DNA of 64,000 nt from an uncultured Acidobacteriota bacterium. GTDB taxonomy: Bacteria > Acidobacteriota > Terriglobia > Acidiferrales > UBA7541. The notes below the pieces were generated by a model. It worked only from the letters and a program-made list of their open reading frames with translations, was not told the DNA's origin and made no database searches. The position numbers and the translations under genes were made by a program. Positions 39,631 to 47,620 of this stretch are shown piece after piece. Position 1 is the first letter of the stretch. Each line of letters opens with the position of its first letter. The DNA lies in assembly GCA_963786205.1 (NCBI GenBank), contig CAWAYG010000005.1:1082826-1146825 (forward strand), read 5' to 3'.

Positions 39631-39682
39631 TACCACGAAGTTACGACGCCAGCCAGCTATGCTAGACTCGCGTCGGTTCGGC
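39631..39682 (+). promoter_or_regulatory. promoter-like repeat, copy 2
   Basis: TACCACGAAGTTACGACGCCAGCCAGCTATGCTAGACTCGCGTCGGTTCGGC. TAGACT (39663-39668) lies 39 nt before an ATG at 39708, the same spacing as in copy 1. Confidence 0.4.
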
Positions 39683-39729
39683 CCCCGAGCCAGTCATTCT
39701 TCAATTTATGAAATCGGGACTTGCCAATA

Positions 39730-39822
39730 TTGCCGAAGGGAGGGTGGTCAATCCTTCGGCAACACCGGAACCGACGCCTTTGTTTTTGCGGGTGGCGCAT
39801 CCTCGCCGTAGGCGAGGGTGCG
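39730..39822 (+). other. two strong hairpins downstream of promoter-like repeat copy 2 (candidate structured small RNA)
   Basis: Hairpin 1 is TTGCCGAAGG (39730-39739) paired with CCTTCGGCAA (39753-39762), a perfect 10-bp stem with a 13-nt loop. Hairpin 2 spans 39796-39822, a 12-bp stem with one G-U pair around the loop GTA. Confidence 0.35.
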
Positions 39823-39897
39823 GATCTTGACTTTGCACGGGTCGAACTTGCGCGACATTTTCAGTGACTAGCGCGCGCGGGTTATGTATGTTCTTCC

Positions 39898-40254
39898 TCA
39901 GCTGAGTTTTTCCAGGATGGATTCGGTGGAAATCTCTCCCTCAATTTTCGGCATCGCTTCTGCGGCTTGGCCGACGGGTGCTGCGACGGTCCGCACGGGC
40001 GGCGCCGTGTACCCCGCCTCACCTGCAAACGCGAATTCCTTGCGGTCGAGCCCGCGGATCATCCGCCCATCGGCGCACTCCACGGAGAGGGTCAGCACTT
40101 TGCCAATCGTTTCGACGGCCGTGACCACGCCGTGCGTGCCCGACGCTCGGTGCATCACTTTGTCACCGGGCTGCGCGATGCTTTCCTTCACTTCCGGCTC
40201 TTCGGGCACCGCGTTCTGCACCTTCGTCGAAATCTTCTCCCAAAGTTTGCTCAT
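39898..40254 (-). CDS. hypothetical protein
   Basis: 118 aa from MSKLWEKISTKVQNAVPEEPEVKE. No family recognised. I prefer the ATG at 40254 over the ORF-track start at 40437. Confidence 0.5.
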   Translation of the reverse strand: MSKLWEKISTKVQNAVPEEPEVKESIAQPGDKVMHRASGTHGVVTAVETIGKVLTLSVECADGRMIRGLDRKEFAFAGEAGYTAPPVRTVAAPVGQAAEAMPKIEGEISTESILEKLS

Positions 40255-40472
40255 AACCGTTGCTCCTCGATACTCGAATCGATTCCGAAATTGAGGTGTC
40301 GGGTGCAGAACGCGAGCGATCAACGCACAGAGTTCCACCTGCGAATGCCAGCTTGAGCCCAAGCAACTCTTCGCCCAGCATACGTGCTTTTCACCGTGCG
40401 CCTCGCGTTTTCGCGGCATTTCGTCCGTAACAAGCAACCTCGTCGCGACTGAGACTGCGCGGCAACAGGTGC

Positions 40473-40520
40473 AAAAAAAACGCCCATCCTTCCCGGGAGG
40501 AGCTTTGGGAAGGATGGGCG
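40473..40520 (-). terminator. rho-independent terminator of the Gly-rich protein gene
   Basis: A perfect 14-bp stem, CGCCCATCCTTCCC (40481-40494) with GGGAAGGATGGGCG (40507-40520). On the complement strand it is followed by T8 (A8 at 40473-40480). It lies 48 nt downstream of the stop at 40568. Confidence 0.85.
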
Positions 40521-40567
40521 TTGTGTCGTGCTCAGTACTGTTCGAGGCTTGCAGTTACGGCAGCGGA

Positions 40568-41029
40568 TTAGCGATGGCCGCCGCCGTGACCGCCGCCACC
40601 ACCGTGGAAGCCGCCACCGCCGCCGTGGACTCCAGCGCTACCGTGGAAACCGCCACCGCCACGCACCGCGCCACCGCGGAAACCGCCGCCAACCGCGCCG
40701 CGTCCTGCGAAGCCACCGCGACCGTCGAAGCCGTTACCGTGCCAGCCGTATCCGCCGCCCCAACCACGTCCGCCCCAACCGCCGTGGAACCACGGGCCCG
40801 CGCCGATGAACAGGCCACCGGAGAAGTAGCTAGGGCCGTAGTAGCCGTAAGGCGCGCATGCGTACGGGTAATAGCCGTAGTAGCCGTAGGCGCAGACGGG
40901 AGCCGGACCGACATAGCCTGGGCCAACGCCCACGCCTACCGCGAAGCGCTGAGCGCTGGCGTTTGGCGCGAGTGCCAACGCCGTTCCAAGTACCGCAAAA
41001 ACCATGAGATATTTCACGAGGTGTTTCAT
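40568..41029 (-). CDS. secreted Gly/Tyr/His-rich low-complexity protein
   Basis: 153 aa from MKHLVKYLMVFAVLGTALALAPNASAQ (signal peptide). A Tyr/Pro/Cys-rich block (VCAYGYYGYYPYACAPYGYYGPSYF) is followed by GGGFHGGGG repeats ending in GGGHGGGHR. A strong terminator lies downstream. Confidence 0.7.
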   Translation of the reverse strand: MKHLVKYLMVFAVLGTALALAPNASAQRFAVGVGVGPGYVGPAPVCAYGYYGYYPYACAPYGYYGPSYFSGGLFIGAGPWFHGGWGGRGWGGGYGWHGNGFDGRGGFAGRGAVGGGFRGGAVRGGGGFHGSAGVHGGGGGFHGGGGGHGGGHR

Positions 41030-41446
41030 ATTTGGGCCCCTTCTGAGCCCGTAAAGCCTGTCTAAAAGTTGCAGCCTTCGGACGCCTCCCGAATACCTTC
41101 GGTGGCGTCTGATAGTGAAACACGCCTTGCGGTGGAAAGTTGCGGTGGGGGCGAAGAGGAGGCAAAGTATGGAGGAATAGGGGCTTAGCGCAAAACGAAC
41201 AGGCTTGCGAGAGGCGAGTCTTAAATGGTGCTCCGTCGCCAGCGGCGTGCAAAAGTCAACGGCGGAGGCCAAAGCGCGGTCAAGTTTCATCCAGCAGCGC
41301 AGCCAAGAGTGGCTCTGAGACGAAGATGAGGATGCGTTGACGAGGCGCTTGGGGGCTTGTTACTCTGAATCTCCGGCGACAGCGCGGCATCGAATGGCGA
41401 TACCGAAAAAATTGCGGCGGACGACTGATATTAGGGAGGAATGCGC

Positions 41447-42948
41447 ATGGCAACCCCAGCTAGGCCCAAGGTTTTCAAGAACTTCGTCAATGGAGAATGG
41501 ATCGAGGCCCGCAGCGGCAAGGCGATCGAGAATCGCAATCCGGCGAACACGGCGGAACTGGTGGGAATGTTCCCAGCGTCGACCGAAGAGGACGTAAACC
41601 TGGCGATCGACGCCGCGAAAGGCGCCTACGACAAGTGGCGGCTGACGCCTGCGCCGAAGCGCGCGGAAATTCTGTATCGCGCGGCGGAGATTTTGATCGA
41701 GCGCAAGGAAGATTATTCGCGCGATATGACGCGCGAGATGGGCAAGGTGCTGGCAGAAACGCGCGGCGACGTGCAGGAAGCCATCGACATGACCTACCTG
41801 ATGGCCGGGGAGGGAAGGCGTCAGTTTGGGCAAACCACGCCGTCAGAACTGCCGAACAAATTTGCGATGTCGGTGCGCACGCCGGTGGGGGTAGCAGGCC
41901 TCATTTGTCCCTGGAATTTTCCGATGGCGATCCCTTCGTGGAAAGCGATGCCGGCGCTGGTGACGGGAAATACGGTGGTGATTAAGCCGGCGGAAGATAC
42001 GCCGCTCTCCACCTACAATTTGATGCAGGTGCTGAGCGAGGCCGGATTACCTCGCGGAGTGATGAACGTGGTGTTCGGCGATGGTCCGGAAGCGGGCGCG
42101 CCGCTGCTGAAGCATAAGGATATCAACCTGGTCAGTTTTACAGGGTCCACCGAAGTGGGGCGAATCGTGAGCCAGGCTTGCGCGCCAACTTTCAAGAAGT
42201 GCCATCTGGAAATGGGCGGCAAGAACATCATCATCGTGATGGACGATGCGAATCTGGATCTGGCGGTGGACGGCGCGGTATGGGGCGGGTTTGGGACGAG
42301 CGGCCAGCGTTGCACGGCGGCGAGTCGCGTGGCGGTACACAAGAAAGTTTACAGCGAATTCGTCGAGAAATTTGTAGCGCGCGTGAAAGCGCTGAAAGTC
42401 GGGGACGGTCTGGATCCGTCCACGGACATGGGGCCGTGCATCAACGAGCAGCAACTGAAGACGGTGATGAAGTACGTGCAGATCGGCAAGGATGAGACGC
42501 GAAGCTCGCGACGGGCGGAAATCGACTGGAAAGCGGAGCGTGGGGACGCGGCTGGTTCCACGAGCCGACCGTGTTTACCGATTGCGACCCGAAGATGCGC
42601 ATCGCGCAGGAAGAAATTTTTGGGCCGGTGGTAGCAGTGATTCCGTTTGAGGATTTCGACGAAGCGCTGGATATTGCGAACGGTGTGCAGTACGGCTTGT
42701 CGGCATCGATTTACACGCGCAATGTGAACAATGCGTTCCGCGCGCAGCGCGATTTGCAGACCGGGATTGTTTATGTGAACGCGCCCACGATCGGCGCGGA
42801 AACGCATCTGCCGTTTGGCGGGATCAAGAATACGGGCAACGGGCATCGCGAATCGGGCGAGGCGGCGCTGGATTTTTATTCGGAGTGGAAGACGGTTTAC
42901 ATTGATTATTCGGACCGGTTGCAGCGGGCGCAGATTGATAACGCGTAG
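41447..42948 (+). pseudogene. NAD(P)-dependent aldehyde dehydrogenase, interrupted by one frameshift
   Basis: ORFs 41441-42634 and 42571-42948 together make a full ALDH, with [15 protein letters not shown], the catalytic ELGG-type [15 protein letters not shown] and EEIFGPV. The frame changes at about 42494-42498: ...VQIGKDE reads on as [30 protein letters not shown] in the next frame, consistent with loss of one G. This could be an assembly indel rather than a true pseudogene. Confidence 0.8.
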
Positions 42949-42963
42949 GTTGTAGCGTTGGAC

Positions 42964-43047
42964 GAAAAGCCGATCCCTCTCTCCGTCCCGCGCCCGCCAG
43001 ACTGCGGCGGGAATGAAAAAGCGCGGGACTCCGTTCGGGATGACAGC
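42964..43047 (+). repeat. ~85-nt intergenic repeat, copy A (3' side of the MutS-related gene)
   Basis: GAAAAGCCGATCCCTCTCTCCGTCCCGCGCCCGCCAGACTGCGGCGGGAATGAAAAAGCGCGGGACTCCGTTCGGGATGACAGCG is about 85% identical, with small indels, to 45022-45109 in the same orientation. Confidence 0.75.
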
Positions 43048-43070
43048 GTTTGCTTGGCGTGCGGCGTTTC

Positions 43071-43096
43071 AGGGCGAGTCGAAGACTCGCCCCTAC
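43071..43096 (-). repeat. CGTAGGGGC-hairpin family repeat (inverted copy)
   Basis: The complement reads GTAGGGGCGAGTCTTCGACTCGCCCT, with stem GGGCGAGTC / GACTCGCCC. It sits 14 nt past the MutS-related stop and may serve as its terminator. Confidence 0.55.
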
Positions 43097-43109
43097 CATC
43101 TCAAATCCA

Positions 43110-44903
43110 CTACACCCTCAGGCCGATCAGGCGCATCAGCTCTAGCGCGTTGCTCTTGGCTACTACACCGTCGCGGAGTTTGTGATCGAAGCGCATTTTT
43201 CCTTCCTCTACGTAATCCTGAAAATGTACGTTGCGCACGGCGTTGGGCAATACTTGCGCGATTTCTGTTAACGCTAGATCGTGCGTGGTGACGATTCCCA
43301 TCGCGTCGCGGTCTAGTAACGCGCGCAGCAAACCTTGCGAGCCAATCCGGCGATCGTTCGAGTTTGTGCCCTCCAGCAGCTCATCGAACAGGAACAGCAC
43401 GCGCGCACTGCCTTCCGCTAATTCGAACACATCGCGGATGCGCAGGATTTCTGTGTAGAAACTGGAGCGGTGTTCTTGCAGCGAATCCACGCGGCGAATG
43501 CTGGTGCCGAGCAGGATGGGCGTCATGCGCAGCGACTTGCCGCGAATCGGCGCGCCAGCTAGCGCGAGCACCGCGTTGATTCCCGCCGTGCGCAGATACG
43601 TGCTTTTTCCGGACATGTTGGAGCCGCTCACCAATAGCACGCGCGATTGCGGATCAAGCCGCACGGTGTTACGCACGCATTCTGCTGATGGAATCAGGGG
43701 ATGGCCGAGCTCTTCGCCGAGGAAGATTGCGGGCGCGTTGGGAATTTCTTCTACGAATTCTGGGAAGGGATCGTCGGGATGCTCGTAGGAATAGCTGGCG
43801 AGCGAGAGCAGCGCTTCCATTTCGGCGGCGATGTCGACCCAGGTGCGCAGCTTGCCGCCGTGACGCTTGCACCATGCTTCCGCCGCGAATGCGCATTGTA
43901 TCGTGTAGAGCATTGGCAATTCGAGCAGCCGGCCGAGCAAATCTTCGCGCGCATCAATCCAGTAAACGATGTTTGCGAGTTGGCGCACGGACTGCGAGGC
44001 TGCTCGGGGGCGGGTCTTTAGCTCCGTCGCGAATCCTTGCAAGCGAGGAGAAGCAAATGGCTCCCGTTCGAGCCGCTGCAGAATGTCCGCGAACAGGCCC
44101 AGGCCTTCGGCGTTGCACGCGAGAGTCGAGACCACTTTCTCAGCGCGTATGCGCAGCCAGAGCAGGACGATGACTTCGAGCGCCAGAACAACTGCCAGCG
44201 GCCAGAGTCTCAGCGTAGCCAGCAAGTATATCGTCGTGGCCGCGGCGGAAATCGCCAGCAGCGCGGAGACGATTCGCCACGCGCCCGCGGGAAGTAGCCG
44301 CGGCGCTTCCGCCCAGTTTTCCAGCGAGCGTGGATCGAGGCGCACTTTCAGGTCCTCGCCCAGCGGCGCGAGCTCTTCACGCAAATCCAGTTTGTCGCGC
44401 AGTTCGACGATAACCGTTTGTCTTTCGTGAATTTCCGGCACCGGTGACGCGGCGCTGAGCCATTGCGCGAGGCGCTCTTCGCCCATCGGAAGGCGCGCGG
44501 TCGAGAGAAGTTCGAAGAGGCAGCCGGTGCCGAATAAGTCGAGATCATCCGCGTACACGTGCTTGGGATTGCGAAAACGCTCGCCGGTTGCACCGGTTCC
44601 GGCCCAGCGGTCTTCCATGCGCGCGAGGCTACGCTCGTAAAACGCGACGGCGGTGCGGGCGTGAGCTAGGGTGCGCAGTGCGAATTCGTGCGCTACGGCC
44701 AGGCTCGCGTAGACCACGATCGGAATCGCGAGCCAGTATGCGGAGATTACTTCGTCTTTGAGCGAAAGCCACAGGAGGACGATCGTGACGATGACCGTTG
44801 CGAGCTTCGCATTTCCGATCTGTTTGTGCAGGGCGTCTTTTGCGGCGACGGTTTGCTTGCGAGCTGCGAGGCGTTGTGTGTACTCGGCGTGTGGCTGAGA
44901 CAA
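43110..44903 (-). CDS. MutS-related membrane-anchored ABC-type ATPase (MutS domain V only)
   Basis: A TTG at 44903 lies 7 nt after GGAGG and gives MSQPHAEYTQRLAARKQ. There are four hydrophobic helices. The C-terminal MutS ATPase motifs are LVSGSNMSGKSTYLR (Walker A), FLFDELLEGTNSNDR and TTHDLAL. No mismatch-binding domain is visible. The ORF-track N-terminal extension to 45170 runs through repeat copy B and is rejected. Confidence 0.75.
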   Translation of the reverse strand: MSQPHAEYTQRLAARKQTVAAKDALHKQIGNAKLATVIVTIVLLWLSLKDEVISAYWLAIPIVVYASLAVAHEFALRTLAHARTAVAFYERSLARMEDRWAGTGATGERFRNPKHVYADDLDLFGTGCLFELLSTARLPMGEERLAQWLSAASPVPEIHERQTVIVELRDKLDLREELAPLGEDLKVRLDPRSLENWAEAPRLLPAGAWRIVSALLAISAAATTIYLLATLRLWPLAVVLALEVIVLLWLRIRAEKVVSTLACNAEGLGLFADILQRLEREPFASPRLQGFATELKTRPRAASQSVRQLANIVYWIDAREDLLGRLLELPMLYTIQCAFAAEAWCKRHGGKLRTWVDIAAEMEALLSLASYSYEHPDDPFPEFVEEIPNAPAIFLGEELGHPLIPSAECVRNTVRLDPQSRVLLVSGSNMSGKSTYLRTAGINAVLALAGAPIRGKSLRMTPILLGTSIRRVDSLQEHRSSFYTEILRIRDVFELAEGSARVLFLFDELLEGTNSNDRRIGSQGLLRALLDRDAMGIVTTHDLALTEIAQVLPNAVRNVHFQDYVEEGKMRFDHKLRDGVVAKSNALELMRLIGLRV

Positions 44904-45021
44904 AACCGGCCTCCATGTGGCGGATGATAGTTTACTACTCGAATGGGTGCCAATTGATGTGGTGAGTGCGCTCCTGCTCTCGAGCGCGATCTGGCAACGA
45001 GGAACCACGCGGCTCTGGTGC

Positions 45022-45109
45022 GAAAAGCGGATCCCTCTCTCTGCGCCCCGCGCCCGCCAAAATGCGGCGGGAAAGAAAAAGCGCGCGGGACTCCGTTCGG
45101 GATGACAGT
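45022..45109 (+). repeat. ~85-nt intergenic repeat, copy B (5' side of the MutS-related gene)
   Basis: GAAAAGCGGATCCCTCTCTCTGCGCCCCGCGCCCGCCAAAATGCGGCGGGAAAGAAAAAGCGCGCGGGACTCCGTTCGGGATGACAGTG. See copy A. Confidence 0.75.
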
Positions 45110-45242
45110 GGTTGTGCTTTTTTCGCGGGCTGCGTGTGGGTTGCCGCGCGCCGAGAAAAGCGCGCAGCAACGGCTGCCCGGTTCGATGAAGCCGAACCGG
45201 CCGCTACAAACGCGAAAGCAAAGTCAAGGGCGCCCAGCTAAA

Positions 45243-46619
45243 GAGCCTGTGTGGCAATTTGCGCTGACTTTGTGTTTCCGGGGCTGTGGCATGCCGACCT
45301 CAGCCCGGTGGCGGTCGATGCTGTTCGACCGGCTGCGCTCGCGCTGATATCAGGCGGCCCGCTGCTTCCACAGGCGCGTCAGATTGTAGGCGATTGCGGC
45401 TAAGCTGAACTCCACCGCCACGCGCGCCAACCCGCGCCGCCGAAACTGCCGCATTCCTCGCTGTTGCTTCAGCACTCCAAACACCGGTTCCACAATCGCT
45501 TTGCGTCGCCCATACACCGCGCGTCCCGCCGGACTGCGCAGCTTGGCGCGCAAGCGCCGATGCACCGGATCATGCGCTCGTCCATGAAAGCCTCCGCGCC
45601 CGCGCCCGTTCAGTTCGCGCGCGCTGTTAGTGTCGGGCACATAGGCATCGATCCCCACCGCTGCCATCTGACGCACATTCGCAATCGTGAAAAATCCGCT
45701 GTCCGCCAACACGCGCTGCGGCCGTTCCCCACACTCTCGCTCCACCGCCTGCACCAGCGGCAGCAACAACCCGTGGTCCGTCGTCTCCTGATTCACCTGC
45801 TGCGCCACAATCAGATGATCCTCGCTCACCGCCACCGTGGCCGTATATCCCAGCACGAATCCTTTTCGTTCGCGCAGAAAGCGGCTCTCCTCATCCGTCC
45901 GCGACAGCCGCTGCACTCCCGCCTTCTGCAGCCGCTCCATCCGCCGCGGAATCTCGGCCAACCGCTCTTGCAACCGCTGCATCTGCTCGGCTCCCAACTC
46001 CGTTCCCGGTGCTTCGTTCGGATCGTCGGCAGCGCATTGCTTCTGCCAACGCCGAATCTCGCGCCGAATCTTGGCCCGCTCCGCGCGCAGTCTCTGGATC
46101 GTCTCGGTCGAATCCGCCGCGGCGTTCGCCGCCACGCGCGTCGAATCAATCGCCACGTGTCCCAATCGTCCCATCCCCGCCGCGCGCGCCGTCTCCACCA
46201 CTTGCGTAAACACCTGGTTGATCGCCCGCCCCTGGCGCTTGCGAAATTCGTTCAAAGCCCAGTAATCCGGCGTCGCGCCGCCGGCCAAATAACGAAAGGC
46301 CAGATCTTCCCGAATGCGTTGCTCCAGGCGCCGCGCGCTCGTCACCCCCAGCGCATAGGCGTACAGCCAGACCTTCAACATCAGCAACGGGTGGTACGCC
46401 GGATGTCCTTCCTCGCTGTAGCTGCGCTCGAGCTCGCTCAGCTCCAAGCGCTCTACGACGCCACTCACGAAAAAACACAAATGGTTCTCTCCCAATACAT
46501 CCCGCACGCTCGGCGGCAGCAGATAAGCTTGCTCCGGGTTGTAATCGTAAAAGCTAGGCATCGCGCACCTCTCACCCGCAGTATACGAGACGCGTCAACC
46601 CCAGTTGCCACACAGACTC
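45243..46619 (-). mobile_element. IS5/IS1182-like insertion sequence (1377 bp by the TAAA-duplication reading)
   Basis: The terminal inverted repeats are GAGCCTGTGTGGCAATTTGCGCTGAC (45243-) and the complement of the right end, GAGTCTGTGTGGCAACTGGGGTTGAC (-46619), matching 21/26. TAAA flanks both ends (45239-42 and 46620-23). It contains a single DDE transposase gene. Confidence 0.8.
45350..46561 (-). CDS. IS5/IS1182 family DDE transposase
   Basis: 403 aa. The N-terminal InsH-like region is YDYNPEQAYLLPPSVRDVL and HPAYHPLLMLKVWLYAYALGVTSARRLEQRIREDLAFRYLAGG. The C-terminal VEPVFGVLKQQRGMRQFRRRGLARV is typical of this transposase group. Confidence 0.85.
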   Translation of the reverse strand: MPSFYDYNPEQAYLLPPSVRDVLGENHLCFFVSGVVERLELSELERSYSEEGHPAYHPLLMLKVWLYAYALGVTSARRLEQRIREDLAFRYLAGGATPDYWALNEFRKRQGRAINQVFTQVVETARAAGMGRLGHVAIDSTRVAANAAADSTETIQRLRAERAKIRREIRRWQKQCAADDPNEAPGTELGAEQMQRLQERLAEIPRRMERLQKAGVQRLSRTDEESRFLRERKGFVLGYTATVAVSEDHLIVAQQVNQETTDHGLLLPLVQAVERECGERPQRVLADSGFFTIANVRQMAAVGIDAYVPDTNSARELNGRGRGGFHGRAHDPVHRRLRAKLRSPAGRAVYGRRKAIVEPVFGVLKQQRGMRQFRRRGLARVAVEFSLAAIAYNLTRLWKQRAA

Positions 46620-46660
46620 TAAAGCTGGCCACTACAAAGGCAAAATCAACATTGCCCAGC

Positions 46661-47599
46661 TTACGGTTGCGGCTCGGCGGCGACTGGCATGTACATTGGA
46701 GCTGGCGGCGGAGTCCACGCCGATACCGGGACCCGATTCGCCTGGTAATCGCGATACCAGATTGCTTCGCTGGCTCTTTGCCAGAGGCGCGTGCCGAGCC
46801 AAATCAGAATCATTAGTTGGCTGAGCAGAAATGCGGCGACGTTGGATTGCGGGCTCAGGCGGAACATCCAGATGTACAGGCCGAACGCGAACAGCACCCA
46901 CGTGATGATGCTGACGCGCAGGTAGAGCCAGAGGAGCGAGAAAAAATTGCGGCGCAGCAAACCGAACGCACGGCGCAGGGCGCGATGCATCTTCTTCTCA
47001 TCATCGGCGACGGCGATCACTTGTGCCATGTCAAAGCAGAGGCGCACGATAATCAAGAGCAGCAAGATTACGACGGCAGCCGCTTCGACGAAATGATCGC
47101 CAGGGTAGGGAGAAATGGATTGCTCCTCAATGTGCATGTGCATCGAGCTGGTGAGGGCGGCGAGCCCAGCGATCGGCAGCAGCACGATGGCGAGATAAAT
47201 CAGCAGGCGGAAAAAACGCCAGAAGTGATGGCCAGCAGCCTCAAAGAACGCCGTGGTGGTGGGTTTTTCATCGAGCACGTAGGCGGCAAGAATGCCACCC
47301 GTCGCGAAAAGCATGAAGACTACGAAGAGCGCCGAGAAATGAAAAATATTGGGGCTGTGAATCTCCAGCGGCGAATCCCGCAACTGCTGGAGCATGATGA
47401 TCGCCGAGAAGTCGAAACCATTTACCAGACGCTGCGCGGCGGCGCTGTGATCGAGCAGCAAATTCGCGCGTTCCGTCATTCCGTGCGTCGAGAAAAACCC
47501 GAAAATCAGGCCGACGGCGAAAATCCACCAGACCAGGCGCTGCCATTGCCATACCAGCCCGGCGCCTGAAAAAAACGTCCCTCGATTCGATGCAGCCAT
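46661..47599 (-). CDS. hypothetical polytopic membrane protein
   Basis: 312 aa with about seven hydrophobic helices and a Pro-rich C-terminus. No family recognised. Confidence 0.6.
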   Translation of the reverse strand: MAASNRGTFFSGAGLVWQWQRLVWWIFAVGLIFGFFSTHGMTERANLLLDHSAAAQRLVNGFDFSAIIMLQQLRDSPLEIHSPNIFHFSALFVVFMLFATGGILAAYVLDEKPTTTAFFEAAGHHFWRFFRLLIYLAIVLLPIAGLAALTSSMHMHIEEQSISPYPGDHFVEAAAVVILLLLIIVRLCFDMAQVIAVADDEKKMHRALRRAFGLLRRNFFSLLWLYLRVSIITWVLFAFGLYIWMFRLSPQSNVAAFLLSQLMILIWLGTRLWQRASEAIWYRDYQANRVPVSAWTPPPAPMYMPVAAEPQP

Positions 47600-47620
47600 T
47601 CCGTTGCTCCTTCGATGCCG

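Noticed and set aside
39708-39858. Small ORFs in the SnoaL/hypothetical spacer (40 codons on +, 36 codons on -)
   Set aside because: Both run through two strong hairpins, lack Shine-Dalgarno sequences and have repeat-derived, Arg-rich or Pro-rich ends. I treat the region as a non-coding candidate instead.
40469-41065. 198-aa Ala/Thr-rich + strand ORF
   Set aside because: It is the mirror image of the GGC-repeat coding region of the Gly-rich secreted protein. It starts inside the terminator hairpin and has no signal peptide or start context.
45464-46816. 450-aa + strand ORF across the IS element
   Set aside because: It is antisense to the well-supported transposase gene. The product is extremely Arg/His/Pro/Leu-rich with no motifs and crosses the IS boundary. 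This is typical of a spurious antisense ORF in high-GC DNA.
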